A stretch of 61,918 nucleotides of DNA, counting the filler, from Choristocarpus tenellus KU-1152 (lineage: Eukaryota > Protista > Phaeophyceae): NCBI GenBank assembly GCA_964200185.2. It is 14 parts of 14 records of this genome, joined end to end, with 100 filler letters (N's around TTAATTAATTAA, not from the genome) between each part and the next. Parts side by side here need not be neighbours in the genome. Positions count along the whole stretch, not along the records: positions 58,810 to 61,918 come from CAXNAD020022271.1; 13 more parts are not named here. One strand, given 5' to 3'. Positions 60,470 to 61,918 of this stretch are shown piece by piece (the stretch's first letter is position 1; every line of letters begins with the position of its first letter). The notes beneath the pieces are model-generated. The model had not been told where the DNA came from, searched no databases, and saw only the letters and a program-made list of their open reading frames with translations. The position numbers and the translations under genes are program-made.

Positions 60470-61385
60470 TTCCTGTCCAGGTCTGGGATCTGTCGGGAGG
60501 TTTGGCAGGTGGGAGCAGGAAGATTCGAAACAGACTCGATTGAGTAATTGGCTAATGTCATGCTGGCCCCCGTCTGGGCGTCCCTCCTAGGTCATGTGCA
60601 GCCACCTTTTGACGAGTCTGGTCTGACATCATCGTAAATATTTCAAGGACTTCTTGGCTGGAGACACAAGGATTGTTCGTCAGTTGTTTATGAGTTCATT
60701 GAGAAGATGGAGGTTGGATAACCCAAGATAACTCAAAGGCTCACCCTCCATAGAAAGGATGGACACAGAACCTGGTGCCATGTAGAGGGAGTGAGTGGGT
60801 ACAAGTAGGTTCAAAAACCCATGATGGTTGGGGAGTTAATATTCTTCCAGACCTCTATTAGACGGAGATGATTTGCTGGAGGACGAGAAACCAGATGTTG
60901 GGCCGGTACGATTTCGTCCTGATCAAAAGTCGGTGGAAATTGGGAAAGTGGATGCTGGGCCAGTGGGATCTTCTTGTGAGGAACGACCAGTGGTGGAGTA
61001 AGAAGCAGATGCAGGACAGGTGAAATCTCCTCCTGAGCTTCCTGAGCCAACGTCAGTGGAGGAGGGAATTTCTGATGGTGGACATGTTAGACTTTCTTCT
61101 TGAGCGGCAAAACGTAACACTGTTGGACCTGCCGAATGAATTTGAGCACCTAATTACCATCTGTGGAAGGTGTCAGACTTGTGAGCTGAAGCCATGAGGA
61201 AGGTTGGAAGCGGCAAACCCCTGGTGAGCTGAGGGCAATATGGAGGTAGAGTGGATATATCTTCCAGAGTGTATGACTTCGAAAATGAAGGCAGAGGCGG
61301 GCAAAAAGAATGGGGGCAATGGAGGATGTCGGATGTTGATGAAGACACATCTAAGTTTGATGTGACCGGGAAAATCATGTGTCAA
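60470..61385 (-). pseudogene. Decayed S/P-rich coding-like sequence, possibly a retroelement ORF1/gag relic
   Basis: A collinear S/P/T-rich reading (61378 down to ~60480) is broken by several stops; no diagnostic motif. Confidence 0.25.
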
Positions 61386-61850
61386 AGTAATGCGTTTGTT
61401 GACTTTGGATGGATTTGACCGATAAACACAGAAGAAACAACGTGTTTGTTTGTTGAATAGACTGACTTGCTCAACGAAAGACCAGAAGTTGTAAGTTGAA
61501 GGCCAGGTGGTGTTGATTTATCTTTTGTTGAGTTGATAAAAACTGTTGTTGCTGTTGTTGTGTTGTCTTCATTTGCCTAACCAGAACAAAACACTGAGGG
61601 AAATCCTGTTTCTGTCTATGGTGGGTCTCCGTCTGACTTTTGTTCAGGGTTTGAGTTTCTTCACATATATTTGGCGTTGCTGGGAGGACAATATATATGT
61701 ATCTATATATCTACAAGATAGGTTCAATTCTCCAAAGATTCAAGTTTTCTACTTTTGTTGTTTTTTAGGGAACGATTTGACACATCATGGTCTATCGAAA
61801 TCAACAAATTTTCTTCAGCGGAAGATACGACGCGGACGTGGACGGGGTTT

Positions 61851-61918
61851 TGTTCGATTAGACTCTTCCAACTCTATCGGACAGTTACGGTAAAATATGT
61901 ATGGAGTAATGGAACAAT
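61851..61918. mobile_element. Family D, second copy (cut by the window end)
   Basis: tgttcgattagactcttccaactctatcggacagttacggtaaaatatgtatg is close to the reverse complement of 59340-59408. Confidence 0.75.

Overview
Eukaryotic, intron-rich genomic DNA, most likely from a brown alga (Phaeophyceae) or a close relative; the main evidence is a mannuronan C-5-epimerase with the YGFDPHDD motif. The window is 14 contigs joined by 13 artificial 100-bp linkers (N44-TTAATTAATTAA-N44), so genes on different contigs are not necessarily neighbours. Most of the supplied ORFs are spurious. Splicing by hand gives partial genes for an ABCB transporter NBD, an ankyrin-repeat protein, an SHPRH-like SNF2/RING ligase, the epimerase, a MAP kinase, an axonemal dynein heavy chain, glucosidase II beta, a long-chain alcohol oxidase and an EEP-family hydrolase with an EF-hand-like insert. 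Repeats include two related MITE families with about 12 copies each (Sola2-like ends), two further repeat families, two nested Copia remnants, a solo LTR with a non-canonical end, mariner/pogo/DIRS-like relics and several minisatellites. I found no convincing multi-gene novel system. The most unusual signals are: (TTAGGG)n tracts in introns that lie on the host gene's sense strand in four genes, three GC donor sites, an AG-free branch-point tandem array next to an exon, and a Miro-like EF-hand module inside an EEP domain.
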